From a virus (lineage: Duplodnaviria > Caudoviricetes), in the IMG/VR virus record IMGVR_UViG_3300046779_001188, positions 3,492-67,491 of that record: a stretch of DNA of 64,000 bases; one strand, given 5' to 3'. Below the pieces are notes generated by a model. That model made no database searches. It was not told the origin of the DNA and saw only the letters and a list, made by a program, of their open reading frames with translations. Numbering within the stretch: position 1 is the stretch's first letter; every line of letters starts with the position of its first letter. Shown here piece after piece: positions 28,504-39,301 of this stretch. A program made the translations under genes and the position numbers.

Positions 28504-30696
28504 TTAGATAGCGGAAATATCTTTGATAGTTATGGTTCCAGTCATCGCTGGGTGGTCAGAACATACATACTTGTACTCCCCAGAAGCGCTAAATGGAATC
28601 TGCCAATACAAAGTTCCAGTTGACTTACCCTGAGCTGCTGAACCAGTAGATATTGTTCCATCATTTGCAACGTGTACTAAACCTGTGTTGAAGTTTACTC
28701 CAGCTGTAGTTTGAATACGGAACGGGTGTCCAGTAACACTGAGGTCAAACGCAAGGGTTGTTGCATTTATACCGTAAATAATTGGATTATCAACATCACC
28801 ATAGTGGCTAGTAAAACGGTATGACGCTGTTCCATTATTGGTGACGCTCAAGCGTGCAATAGCTGAATAAGCAACATCCGCAACTGATATACCAGCAGTG
28901 GTTACTTCAATGAGTGCGTTGAAAAGAGTTGTACCAGCTTCACCAGTTGCACCTGTTGGACCTGTAGGTCCCGCAACGGTACTTGCAGCACCTGTCGCAC
29001 CAGTAGCACCTGTAGCTCCAGTTGGTCCAGTAATACCAGTCAAACCTGTGGCACCTGTAGGACCAGTAGGACCAGTTGGTCCTCCTGAAGGTCCAGTAGC
29101 ACCTGTAGGTCCAGTCGGACCAGCGCCAGTACCTTCAATAGTTACCCAGCTAGATCCATTGTTGTAGTGCAACTGAGAACCTAATGCAGCATCAGTCACA
29201 TAGGCAATGGCTCCCTCGCTAGCAGTAAGAGTCCCGAGTTCCGCCGTGGTGACGGTCAACAATCTGATTGGAGCATTTGCAATAACTTCACTCTCTGCAT
29301 CGAGAGTAATAGTTGTAGGAGAAGTAATTGTGTAAGTACCAGTTTCGCTGGTAGGTCCAATTAGTCGAGCAGTCTCTACACCACCAACATACAAAGTTTG
29401 AGTCGAAGCATTGTAGGTAATACCATCGTTGGTTTTACCACCGAGGTTTCCAGTCATGTCTTCGTATAGACCAACATATGTTGTTGGGTCAGTAGTCTGT
29501 ACTACAGCTACGGAACCAGTGCCAGGAATACCTTGAGGACCCTGAGGACCAGTTGGACCTGTTGGTCCGCCAGATGGACCAGTAGGTCCAGTCTCGCCCT
29601 GAGGACCAGTAGGTCCACCAGATGGGCCTGTAGGACCCTCTGGACCAGTAGGACCAGTAATGCTTGCACCAGTCGGTCCAGTAGGACCTGTTGGTCCTGG
29701 AACAAGAGAAGGGTCACCTTGTGGACCTGTCGCACCAAGTGCACCTGCTGCACCTGTTGGACCAGTAGGTCCAGCTACTGTTGACGCGGCACCTGTTGGT
29801 CCTGTAGCACCTGTAGGTCCAGTCGGTCCAGAGATTGGACCAATGTTTTGCCACTCATCGCCAGCGGTCCAAAAATATACATCACCATCAGCTAGAACTA
29901 AATATGCATCTTGAAAAGTATTACCTGTGCTTGGAAGGCTTGCAAAATCAGCAACAGAGCCAAGCATATTCACAGCGATTGCTTGAGGTCCAGCTGGGCC
30001 AGTAGCACCAGTCGGGCCAGCAGGTCCATCTTGACCACCAATACCAACTGGACCAGTAGGGCCTGTTACACCCTGAGCACCTGTAGGACCAGTAGGTCCA
30101 CCTGAAGGGCCAGTTGGGCCTGTAGCACCAGCGGCTCCAGTTGCTCCTGTCGGACCAGATGTAACACCAGTTCCTACAATTTCCCAGCCAGCTTCGGTCT
30201 TCTGCTCTAAAGCACCATTACCTGAATTTAGCTCGGTATTGAAGCGTACATACCCAACTTCAGCTGATGATCGACGTTCTGCAGTAATACCTTTATCTAC
30301 ATAGATTGTGTTGTAAACACCACGAATCTCTTTGTTAGTCAAGGTTTGAACAATATTTTCTGGAAGAGCAGCGTCTTCCTGAGCAATACCGCTAACACTA
30401 AATGATGTAGTTGATACGCTTGAACGAACGTATAGCGTGTCACCCTCATTTACTGCAAATCGGAAAGTCTCAAAAGACTGACCTACAGCAATTTCCAAGT
30501 TGTAGCAAATGTATGCAAAATTCTCTTGGATTACAGCGTTGTATGGCACGACCCAGATGCTAACTTTAGTTGCTGGTACAGCAACTACCGCCTTGTTGGC
30601 GACAACAACAGACACCAAATATGGGTCTGAAAATGTTGCCAGAACGGTATCAGCGTTACCTGATGGATTCTGAATACCAAGTCTCTGAATCGGCAT
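28504..30696 (-). CDS. Collagen-like fibre protein with C-terminal cupredoxin-like domain (730 aa)
   Basis: GPT/GAT repeats; C-terminal DNP...GHPF...LYWQIP...[11 protein letters not shown]. Confidence 0.85.
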   Translation of the reverse strand: MPIQRLGIQNPSGNADTVLATFSDPYLVSVVVANKAVVAVPATKVSIWVVPYNAVIQENFAYICYNLEIAVGQSFETFRFAVNEGDTLYVRSSVSTTSFSVSGIAQEDAALPENIVQTLTNKEIRGVYNTIYVDKGITAERRSSAEVGYVRFNTELNSGNGALEQKTEAGWEIVGTGVTSGPTGATGAAGATGPTGPSGGPTGPTGAQGVTGPTGPVGIGGQDGPAGPTGATGPAGPQAIAVNMLGSVADFASLPSTGNTFQDAYLVLADGDVYFWTAGDEWQNIGPISGPTGPTGATGPTGAASTVAGPTGPTGAAGALGATGPQGDPSLVPGPTGPTGPTGASITGPTGPEGPTGPSGGPTGPQGETGPTGPSGGPTGPTGPQGPQGIPGTGSVAVVQTTDPTTYVGLYEDMTGNLGGKTNDGITYNASTQTLYVGGVETARLIGPTSETGTYTITSPTTITLDAESEVIANAPIRLLTVTTAELGTLTASEGAIAYVTDAALGSQLHYNNGSSWVTIEGTGAGPTGPTGATGPSGGPTGPTGPTGATGLTGITGPTGATGATGATGAASTVAGPTGPTGATGEAGTTLFNALIEVTTAGISVADVAYSAIARLSVTNNGTASYRFTSHYGDVDNPIIYGINATTLAFDLSVTGHPFRIQTTAGVNFNTGLVHVANDGTISTGSAAQGKSTGTLYWQIPFSASGEYKYVCSDHPAMTGTITIKDISAI

Positions 30697-30708
30697 ACGT
30701 TGTCTCTC

Positions 30709-33700
30709 CTAAGCTTGAGCTTCAGACCATGAAAGTTTGGCTGCTGCTAGTGTTGTTGAACCTGTCAAACGGGATACTGCAATAGTAAGAATATCAGGTC
30801 CATCAGGGAAAATGCTGTCACCACCGAGGATTGAGTTTGAGAGCTCGAACAGAGTCGAGATATCAACTGTAGTTGTGTTCTCAACACCACCAGCACCACC
30901 AGAGGCGCGGAAGTTATAAATCTGAACTCCACCAGAAACGGTATCAGCTGAGGTGTGCTCAACCAACTGAGTCAATGAAGGAGAGTCTACTCCAACAAAG
31001 TTCAAGTTGTTCAAACGAGGGTTGATGAGAAGCTTCACATCCACAAGCTGGGTAGTAGATACACCAACTTCCTTCAAACGTAGCTGCATTCGGTTGATAA
31101 CGTCTCGGTCACCGAGCTTACCTGTAAGACCTTCAGATACTGAAGGAGATAGGCGGATTGACAACAGTGGCTGGTAGTTAGGACCAGATGTATTGTTCAA
31201 TGAGCCGTTTGGATACAAGAAGTAGGTGTACTGAGTATTACCTTGAGAAGTAAAGTTGATAACTTCAGAAATCGCAGCGCCTGGTTGGTCAATTGCTGCT
31301 ACTGTCTGAGTACCAGCAACAGTGTATGTAAATACAGTATCACTAACTCTTGTAACAGTGTAAGCACCATTTGTAAGGTTAGTTGCAGTCAAACCATAGA
31401 TTCCAGCGTACATTCCAGTAGTCAAACCGTGAGGAGTAGCTGTGGTTACAGTAATCGTGCTTCCAGACCTAGCAACGTTTGCACCAATAGTGATGGTTGC
31501 GTTAGCTGGTGTCAAGTGAATCAAGTTTACAGAGTTTACAAATGCCTTGTAAAGCTGGTTATTAGCCAAGTTTGCATAGGTGTTTGATCCAACTACCGCA
31601 GTTGCTGGGTTCAATGAATTTGTACCTGGGAATCCGCTTGGGGCAATTGACTGGAACTGTAGAAGGTCTCCAGTGTTGAAACCGTGGGACTGTACAGTAA
31701 TCAAGTCATTTGACAAGATAATTCCAGAAGATGCAAATGACTTTGCAGTAGTTCCTGGAACGTTTAGAGTCTGGCTTGAACCTGTGAACAAGTACGCGTT
31801 GTCATCGTCAAAGCGACCATCCATGATGACCGATGTACCCCAGTGGAACAAGTAAGGGATGTAAGTTGGGTTCTCATAGGTCACAACTTCGTAGCGAGCT
31901 GGGAGGTTACCAGAGCGGAAGTATGACTCGTACAAGTTGTTGTTGTGAACAAACTCGTGAACGTACTGTACTTGACCATCGGTAGTCTTGAAACCGAAGC
32001 GAATCTTACCCGCACCGTACCAAGAGTAGTCAATGTAAGACATCTGAATACGGCTTGTGTCAAGTAGGTATCCAGTTGGTCCAGAACCATCACAAACATC
32101 AACAGACCACTGTGACTGAGGAACCTTAGTATCTACAGTTTTGGTGATAACAATACCTGACTTAGCAGGAGTAAATGAGTGAACTGTTGTTGTACCAGTA
32201 CTTGAAAGATTTACGTTCAACTCTGAGTCTGGATCAGCTACAAGCTTGAAAGCGTTGTTTTTATTTCCAGTGTCAATTGACGCAAGGTCTACATAGTAGG
32301 TGCGACCGTTGATAAGACCACCGATTGGCTCACCGTCGATTGAGTTGTAAACAACTGGAAGACGATCAGAGAATCCGTGACCAACCAATGTAATAGTGTC
32401 AGTGCTTGTATTTACAGCAGTCTGAGGATTGAATTCCTTCTCTGCTCCAGAAGCACCCTTGTACTCAGGACGAACTGACATACGAGTGTCAGAGTCAATC
32501 TGAGTAATTCGATAGCTCTGACCACGCATAACAATAAAATCACCGACATCTAGCTGAGCAGTGAAACTTGTGTTTGTACCAAAAATAAGCTCGGAACCTT
32601 GTAGAGCAGATGCTGTACCAGCTAGCTGCTGAGTTGAGCTACGGCGACAAGCAAAAATTTCGGAACCGTTGAACTCGTAGAACATACCATTCTGGAAGTC
32701 AAACATACCTGAACGAACAGCACCATTTGACCACTCACGAACGAAGAACTGAGGGAAGCCGTAGGCACGGTTTTGAACAATTGGTTCACGAGCAACAAAT
32801 CGGAATGTTGTCAAATCTACAACAGTTACTTGGAAGTCTCCGTTGTATACAGTGCTTTGATCTCCATATGAGTCTTCAGCCTGAGAGATGGTGACAAATA
32901 GACCTGAAACCAAACCATGAGGACGACGAGTCTTAGCCTCGATTGTGGTGCTAGAGAACTGTCTCATGCTTTCAATATCAATGGAAGGCTGGAAGTTGAT
33001 ACCGCAAGATGTCTGTAGACCCTTACCTGACTGGTAGCGGAAGTACTTACGGGTCTGGCGGATAATTTGTCCAAGTGATGTCTTTGCACCAACTGACATC
33101 TCAACGCCACCATCGAATGGACGGTGTAGTGAGTAGCCCTGAGGACGTACATAGACGAAGGTTGGGTAAGAGTATGAAACGCTGTTGTATGCAGATGCAT
33201 ATGGGCGGTCCACGGTAATCTGAGTATCAGAACCAATCGCTGTAATACGACGAATGATTGGACCTACTGGTGTGGTCTGAGTGAAAGTAAATCCAGTTCC
33301 AGTACCTTGGGTACTGAAGTCAATAGCCTGAAGGTTGTTTAGGGCATCATTGTATGTTCCGTGAAGTGTTACTTCAGTAGAAGATACTGCACGAACATAG
33401 TAGTAGTAACCATCAACCAATGGGCTAGGAGCCACTCCACCGTTAGAGGCAAACTTGATAACAGCACCTGTAGTAAAGGTGTGAGCCTTTGTTACGCGGT
33501 TAGTTACAGTGCTTACATCTGTATCAGCAAATGTAATCTGATTAGTGGTGTTAGGTGGGAAGAGACGGAAACGGTCTCCTACCTTTAGAATCTTTGAGAA
33601 TGAAGTACCAACACCATTGATAAGAACAGAGCCAGCTCCTACAGATACAGAACCTGAACCAGTGACGTTACCGTTGATCTGGTCTGATACAAGTTGGTGA

Positions 33701-36513
33701 CCAACACCAGTACCGTGGTCTGTGATGTCCAAGGTGATACCAGAAGCAGCGTTCTCTGCTGAAGTTGCTAGACGTAGGTAGTCTCGGTTTACACCTACAA
33801 CGAAGTAGTGGGTGTTGTTTACAAGTCCACCAATATCAGTAGCAGCATCACCTTGAGAGTAAGTAACTTCTGTACCAGTCACAAAACCGTGAGATGGTAG
33901 GAAGAATGTATTCAATTCAAGGTCAATAGTTGTACGAGGGTTGAAAGTCTTTGTAATTACTGGAACGTTTCCTTGAGCTTCCACAGTGAATGTGTCAGGG
34001 CTAGGAACTGTAGTAATTGTGTAAATACCATCTGGAGTCTTAGATAGAGAACGCAATGTGTGACGACCAACACCAAGAGGGCTGTTTGTGATGTCAATCG
34101 CTGTGCCAGCATCTGCATTTTCAGGGGTAAGAGCAAGCTTGATGTTATCTCCATCAATGAAGATTACATAGTAAGGAGTAGCAGTTGTTAGACCATTTAC
34201 TGCAGTCTGACCCTTTGTATCGTACTCAACAAGCTCTCCACTAAGGAATCCATGGCCAGGAATAGTGATGATGTTGTTTGTATAGTCCAAAGATGTGATA
34301 AATAGAGACTGAGTTCCTGTACCAGCGGCAGTGATGTTTGCTGGAGCAGTAAGAGTCTTATTTGTAGAAAGCTTTACAATGCTGTTGTCAACCTTGATGA
34401 TGTAGTAAGTAGCATCATTAGTTAGACCAGTAATTGTTGTACCACCACCGTTTGAGTAACGAACAGCCTGACCATTTACAAGACCGTGGTTAGGAATGTA
34501 GAGAGTGTCTTCAGCTGTGTTTACGGTCAAGAAGATAAAGCTGTGACCAGTTCCTGTACCAGCAGATGTAAAGTCGATTGAAGTTGGAGCGTTCAGAGAT
34601 GACTTTAGACGGATCTGGTTAGCATTGAGAACTTCAGATACATAATATGTAGCACCATCGATAAGAGGCAGAATAGCTGTACCGCCACCTGCATCGTATT
34701 GAAGTGGTTGGTCAACCAAGAAACCGTGGTTGCTAATTGTCAAAGTGTTTGTAGAGACGTTCACAACAACACGGCTTGCAGTAGCAGAGGTTGATGTTTC
34801 TCTAGAAGATGGAGAAATCAAGTTGATGTTGGTAAATGATGGTGCAGGAGTTGTACTCAATCGATAAGAGAATGCATCCACTGTGTTGACATAGTAGACA
34901 CCACCATTCGTGATTCCCACTGGAGGAGTTCCATTGAAGAAGAGAGTTACAGCTTCACCATTTGAAAGGGTATGTGCTGCTGGGCTGTGGATGACGTCGT
35001 TGAGTACGTCAAAGTTGATAGGTAGGAATGCGTGATATGAAGATCCAGCTGCTTCAATCTCAATTGCATTTGTTCCATTTTCTGCATCTTGCGCAGTTGG
35101 GTGAATGCTGTTACCAGTTGTAAAGCTAGATACTAGGGCTACAGCAACAGAACCTTCACCTGTGTTATATGCTCCAACGTTTCCAATAGCAGAACCATTG
35201 AATGTTAGAACTCCATCAAAACGTCCTGTAGATGTTGCAACGTTAGTAGCTGTAGCAGCGATAAATGAACCACCACCACCACCTGAGTGGTTAGCTGTTG
35301 TAGAGCGAGCTCCACCACCACCAGAGTAGCCACCGCCACCACCAGATTGACCTACGTTTTGACCGTCTGACTGACCGCCTCCACCAAAGCCACCATAACC
35401 ACCAGTGCGGCTATTAGTACCTTGAGTTAGACCGTCGAGGAATGATCCTCCACCTAGATTTTGCTGACCTGTAAGTCCACCATTAGCACCACGGGAGAAG
35501 AAACCACCACCAGCCGCTGAGTAACCAAATGGAGTGGTTGTACGACCACCGAAACCAGCAGTTCCACCAGCTTGTTGGTTGTTAGTTGAAGTTCCACCAA
35601 GCTTAGTAAGAACAGCATCGCGTCCTGCACCAGAGTTTGATTCAGCAGAACCACCACCAGCAACAAATAGAGGCTCGGAACCAGTCTTACGAACAACGAA
35701 TGTTCCACCACCAGAACCACCCCATACAGTACCTGAAGCAGGAGCAGCACCTCGCTGACCTACAGCGATAGTAATTACCTCACCTTTAGTTAGGGCAAGT
35801 CGTCCTTGGACAATAGCACCACGCCCAGCGGTTCCTGTACCAGTACCGTCATAGCCAGCGGCACCGCGAACGTCAAATGAGTAAATACCAGAAACTGGAA
35901 CAGTCCAGTCTTGGTAACCATCAAATGTTCCACGGCTTAGATATGTTTCATCCCAAGTAGTGTTGTATGCGTTGCGCATTTCTGCTTGGTTAGGTCCAAC
36001 GCGTCCAGTCTTACCGCATGTAGTAAAGGTGTGACTTGTAAATGCATAAAGAGCCTGAGAACCAGCAAACTCAGAGATTGATACGTTCTTGAGGAAGTAT
36101 GTCTCACCGCTAGTCAAACCAGTTAGTGGTGTTCCAGATGTTAGGTACTTGACTGCTTGATTAGTTGGAGTTGAAGAGTCAATGTTTAGCTTGTTTGCGT
36201 ACACAACTGGTGTGTTGAATTTGATAGAGCCAGGTGTGCTATCAGTTAGATCAATCTCTGAACCGCCAGATTCAGTACTAAACTTTAGCTTTTTAGGCTC
36301 GGTTGTAGTTACATAAACAAGACCATCTTCTGTAAACCCTGCTACATCTCCAACACCAGAAGTGTAGAGAAACGCTGTACCTGGAACAAAAGCAGATGGG
36401 ATAACGCTTGCACCACTGTTTTTATAGTAGATGAAGTTATCGTCAGTATTTACATTTACTCGTGAAAAGGAGTGAGTACCTGCGGCACCCGCAGCCGTTA
36501 CGTCAATTGGCAT
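30709..36513 (-). CDS. Very large repeat-rich structural/fibre protein with ALK/LTK-like Gly-rich domain (1934 aa)
   Basis: At least 8 (H)G[FL]..G..V.Y...GL.....YYV modules; FTTCG..G..GP...WTVP...GAAG...VGQ.G Gly-rich domain. Confidence 0.85.
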   Translation of the reverse strand: MPIDVTAAGAAGTHSFSRVNVNTDDNFIYYKNSGASVIPSAFVPGTAFLYTSGVGDVAGFTEDGLVYVTTTEPKKLKFSTESGGSEIDLTDSTPGSIKFNTPVVYANKLNIDSSTPTNQAVKYLTSGTPLTGLTSGETYFLKNVSISEFAGSQALYAFTSHTFTTCGKTGRVGPNQAEMRNAYNTTWDETYLSRGTFDGYQDWTVPVSGIYSFDVRGAAGYDGTGTGTAGRGAIVQGRLALTKGEVITIAVGQRGAAPASGTVWGGSGGGTFVVRKTGSEPLFVAGGGSAESNSGAGRDAVLTKLGGTSTNNQQAGGTAGFGGRTTTPFGYSAAGGGFFSRGANGGLTGQQNLGGGSFLDGLTQGTNSRTGGYGGFGGGGQSDGQNVGQSGGGGGYSGGGGARSTTANHSGGGGGSFIAATATNVATSTGRFDGVLTFNGSAIGNVGAYNTGEGSVAVALVSSFTTGNSIHPTAQDAENGTNAIEIEAAGSSYHAFLPINFDVLNDVIHSPAAHTLSNGEAVTLFFNGTPPVGITNGGVYYVNTVDAFSYRLSTTPAPSFTNINLISPSSRETSTSATASRVVVNVSTNTLTISNHGFLVDQPLQYDAGGGTAILPLIDGATYYVSEVLNANQIRLKSSLNAPTSIDFTSAGTGTGHSFIFLTVNTAEDTLYIPNHGLVNGQAVRYSNGGGTTITGLTNDATYYIIKVDNSIVKLSTNKTLTAPANITAAGTGTQSLFITSLDYTNNIITIPGHGFLSGELVEYDTKGQTAVNGLTTATPYYVIFIDGDNIKLALTPENADAGTAIDITNSPLGVGRHTLRSLSKTPDGIYTITTVPSPDTFTVEAQGNVPVITKTFNPRTTIDLELNTFFLPSHGFVTGTEVTYSQGDAATDIGGLVNNTHYFVVGVNRDYLRLATSAENAASGITLDITDHGTGVGHQLVSDQINGNVTGSGSVSVGAGSVLINGVGTSFSKILKVGDRFRLFPPNTTNQITFADTDVSTVTNRVTKAHTFTTGAVIKFASNGGVAPSPLVDGYYYYVRAVSSTEVTLHGTYNDALNNLQAIDFSTQGTGTGFTFTQTTPVGPIIRRITAIGSDTQITVDRPYASAYNSVSYSYPTFVYVRPQGYSLHRPFDGGVEMSVGAKTSLGQIIRQTRKYFRYQSGKGLQTSCGINFQPSIDIESMRQFSSTTIEAKTRRPHGLVSGLFVTISQAEDSYGDQSTVYNGDFQVTVVDLTTFRFVAREPIVQNRAYGFPQFFVREWSNGAVRSGMFDFQNGMFYEFNGSEIFACRRSSTQQLAGTASALQGSELIFGTNTSFTAQLDVGDFIVMRGQSYRITQIDSDTRMSVRPEYKGASGAEKEFNPQTAVNTSTDTITLVGHGFSDRLPVVYNSIDGEPIGGLINGRTYYVDLASIDTGNKNNAFKLVADPDSELNVNLSSTGTTTVHSFTPAKSGIVITKTVDTKVPQSQWSVDVCDGSGPTGYLLDTSRIQMSYIDYSWYGAGKIRFGFKTTDGQVQYVHEFVHNNNLYESYFRSGNLPARYEVVTYENPTYIPYLFHWGTSVIMDGRFDDDNAYLFTGSSQTLNVPGTTAKSFASSGIILSNDLITVQSHGFNTGDLLQFQSIAPSGFPGTNSLNPATAVVGSNTYANLANNQLYKAFVNSVNLIHLTPANATITIGANVARSGSTITVTTATPHGLTTGMYAGIYGLTATNLTNGAYTVTRVSDTVFTYTVAGTQTVAAIDQPGAAISEVINFTSQGNTQYTYFLYPNGSLNNTSGPNYQPLLSIRLSPSVSEGLTGKLGDRDVINRMQLRLKEVGVSTTQLVDVKLLINPRLNNLNFVGVDSPSLTQLVEHTSADTVSGGVQIYNFRASGGAGGVENTTTVDISTLFELSNSILGGDSIFPDGPDILTIAVSRLTGSTTLAAAKLSWSEAQA

Positions 36514-36531
36514 TTATAAGTCTCCTAGTCC

Positions 36532-39207
36532 TTAGAGCTTTGTAATCGTGATTTGACCGTTGCCTGAGCTAGCGGTTTCTGAGCTTGACTGGTTTGTACC
36601 ACCGTTGTATGAACCAGCGCCTGCACCGTTTGCTGACCACCATGAGCCAGGTCCACCTGTGTAGCCACCGCCACCACCAGCGCCGTTGGTGCCTCCACCA
36701 CCGCCGCCTCCACCGAAGCCACCTACAGCTTGGTTTCCGCCGCCGTAAGCACCGTTTACGAATGAAGTTCCATACCAAGAACCGCCACCGTTACCGTAGA
36801 AGCCACCGCCTCCACCGAAGGTAGAACCTGAACCACCGTTACCTGGAGATGGTGATCCCCAGTTGTTAGAGCTTCGAGAATATTGTCCAGTGGTTGCGTC
36901 AGCATAGCCATACCAACCTGGTGAACCACCGCCACCACCACCAGCGACTAGAAGAGGACCTCCAGTTGGGCTAGTAGCGACGAAGGAACCACCACCACCA
37001 CCGCCGTCGTAGTAGTTTCCATATGCTGCCTGACCAACAACTAGGTAAAGCTTGTCACCTAGACCAAGGCTAAAGTCACCTTGCATACGAGCACCGTAAC
37101 CACCACGAGTACCCCAACCGTATGACCATCCACCAGCAGCACCATATGCTTCAATGCGATATGTAGCTGTTTCAGGAACAGTCCACTCAATCTTTCCTTG
37201 AGTACCTGGCATGTTGATGTAGGTAGTACCCCATGAAGGGTTACCAGCACCTGAACGTGCAGCGTTGATGTCTGGACCACCAGTACCGCCATATCCACCT
37301 GGAGTAAATGTCACAGATGTGAATGAGTACAAGCTTGGTGGTTGGTCAAATTGATAGTTGTGAGTTTGGAACGCAGAGATTCCAAATGAGTCTGTAGCAG
37401 TAATGATTACTGTACGACCAGGTACTGCAATGTTTTCTAGAGGTGTACCTGAAACCACACCAGTAGATGTGTTCAAAGTAAGACCAGTAGGAAGAGTTCC
37501 ACTTGTGACAGCATAAGTAATAGGAGCTGTCATACCAATCGTTGTGATTGTTGTTGGAGTCATCGCATAGCGAGAGTAACCACTACGACTAATGGTCTGA
37601 GGTGAAACCTCACCAACAGTCTGGTTGAGTGTAAAGTTGTGGGTATCTAGAACTTGCGCAACGAAGTAGAAGTTCTTGATTTGATCAGCTGATACAACGC
37701 TAAATGCTCCAGCTTCAGGCGCTGTGTACTTGAGCATGTCGAATTGCGCATAACCGTGATCTTTGACGTGGAATATGTTCTTGTCTAGCGAGATACCGAT
37801 TTGCTTGAAGTTCTGAGTACCAGTTCCACCAGAGATTGAGGTGATGGTGGCCCCACCAACAGTTGGCTTTAGAGTAAATGCATAGTTAGTACCGCCAGTT
37901 GAGAAGAATGAATCTACCCAGTAGGTGGTATTTGCAGTCAAACCATTAGCTGCTGTACCAGTTGTGGTGTAGTAAACCATTGTGCTGAAATACCAATCAA
38001 GTGGTAGACCATCAGCAGAAGATACGTTCACCAAGGAACCACTAAAAGAAGTTACGTTTCCGCTAGTTCCACCAGTGTTTGATCCATCAAAAGTCTTTGG
38101 AGCATCTTTGATAATAGTAACTACTTGCTCTGAAAGAGGATTTACGTTGTTACCAGCAAAAGTACGAGCTTGGTTTGCAAGCTGGAATGTTCCAGTCATT
38201 GTGGTGACAATCGTGATGATTTCACCATCAGGTGTGTCACTTACTTGGAATGTTGAGCTAGAAGTTCCTAGGGCATCATTGGTTCGTAGGAAAACAACTC
38301 CTCGTGGGTTAGTTGCAAAATACCCGCCACCAGCGACAACATCATAATACAGAGGAGTGCCAAGAGGCTTACCATTGAAATTCTCGGTACCGTGAGCAAC
38401 GGTAATGGTGTTATTAGTGATGTTGTTTGTGTTCATGTTGACTGTGCTAGTTACACCAGCTACAGTCGCAGAGTTAGACCAGTCAATGTTGATCTGAGAA
38501 AGAGTGTTAGAACCATCAAAAGTCTGAGCAGTAGCTGAGTTTGATGCGTCAAAAGACTTAGTTGTGTTGTTGTTAGCAGGGAACTCTTGGGAGATAGTTG
38601 AGTTCAAGTTCAAGAAGTAGAACGGGGTATCTACATAGAAACCGTGGGTAGAGCCAGTTTTTACAGTAAGAGTTGAAATTGACTCGCCGTCAGTGACAAT
38701 ACCTGCCTCATCGGCAATACGAAGCTGGGAGCCTTGGAAGAACTCACCAGTGATAATAGATGAGTAAAGGTCCTCAATCGAGTTTGTACCGACTTGAACG
38801 TCTCTACATAGATATGTAAAAGTAGTGGTGTTTGGGATTGAGTTGATGATGTATGAACCATCAGCTGTAATTGACTTGCTACCAGTTACGTTGATTGGGA
38901 TACCAGCAGCAAGACCGTGAGGTAGACCTGTCTTTACTGTAATTTCACGGGTACCATCATTTGTCGTAATGGACAGAATGTTAGGAATAGTTGTATCACC
39001 GCTCTTTGAGAAGAACGATGGCGTGTTGTTGATGAGCTCAACTGTTTCCCACTTAGTTGGCTGGAGACCGTATTCAAAGTCGGTATCGATCAGGTTTTCA
39101 GGCTGGGATACGCGAAGTTTGGTTACTGGATCAATAAACTCTTTTGGAAAACTGATTTGACCACCAGAGGAGCTCGAACCGCTGCTACCACCAAGAAAAC
39201 CAGGCAT
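36532..39207 (-). CDS. Structural/fibre protein with Ig-like (He_PIG-type) and Gly-rich domains (891 aa)
   Basis: N-terminal KLRVSQPENLIDTDFEYG; ITYAVTSGTLPTGLTLNTSTGVVSGTP; C-terminal EWTVPETATYRIEAYGAAGG...polyGly. Confidence 0.85.
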   Translation of the reverse strand: MPGFLGGSSGSSSSGGQISFPKEFIDPVTKLRVSQPENLIDTDFEYGLQPTKWETVELINNTPSFFSKSGDTTIPNILSITTNDGTREITVKTGLPHGLAAGIPINVTGSKSITADGSYIINSIPNTTTFTYLCRDVQVGTNSIEDLYSSIITGEFFQGSQLRIADEAGIVTDGESISTLTVKTGSTHGFYVDTPFYFLNLNSTISQEFPANNNTTKSFDASNSATAQTFDGSNTLSQINIDWSNSATVAGVTSTVNMNTNNITNNTITVAHGTENFNGKPLGTPLYYDVVAGGGYFATNPRGVVFLRTNDALGTSSSTFQVSDTPDGEIITIVTTMTGTFQLANQARTFAGNNVNPLSEQVVTIIKDAPKTFDGSNTGGTSGNVTSFSGSLVNVSSADGLPLDWYFSTMVYYTTTGTAANGLTANTTYWVDSFFSTGGTNYAFTLKPTVGGATITSISGGTGTQNFKQIGISLDKNIFHVKDHGYAQFDMLKYTAPEAGAFSVVSADQIKNFYFVAQVLDTHNFTLNQTVGEVSPQTISRSGYSRYAMTPTTITTIGMTAPITYAVTSGTLPTGLTLNTSTGVVSGTPLENIAVPGRTVIITATDSFGISAFQTHNYQFDQPPSLYSFTSVTFTPGGYGGTGGPDINAARSGAGNPSWGTTYINMPGTQGKIEWTVPETATYRIEAYGAAGGWSYGWGTRGGYGARMQGDFSLGLGDKLYLVVGQAAYGNYYDGGGGGGSFVATSPTGGPLLVAGGGGGGSPGWYGYADATTGQYSRSSNNWGSPSPGNGGSGSTFGGGGGFYGNGGGSWYGTSFVNGAYGGGNQAVGGFGGGGGGGGTNGAGGGGGYTGGPGSWWSANGAGAGSYNGGTNQSSSETASSGNGQITITKL

Positions 39208-39301
39208 TAGTTAGTACCTCTCATACCGCACACACGAATTATTAGTAGAATACCATTCGATGTGTTAGTTGATTCTGAAAAAGTGCTCGTGTTTTGCATC
39301 T

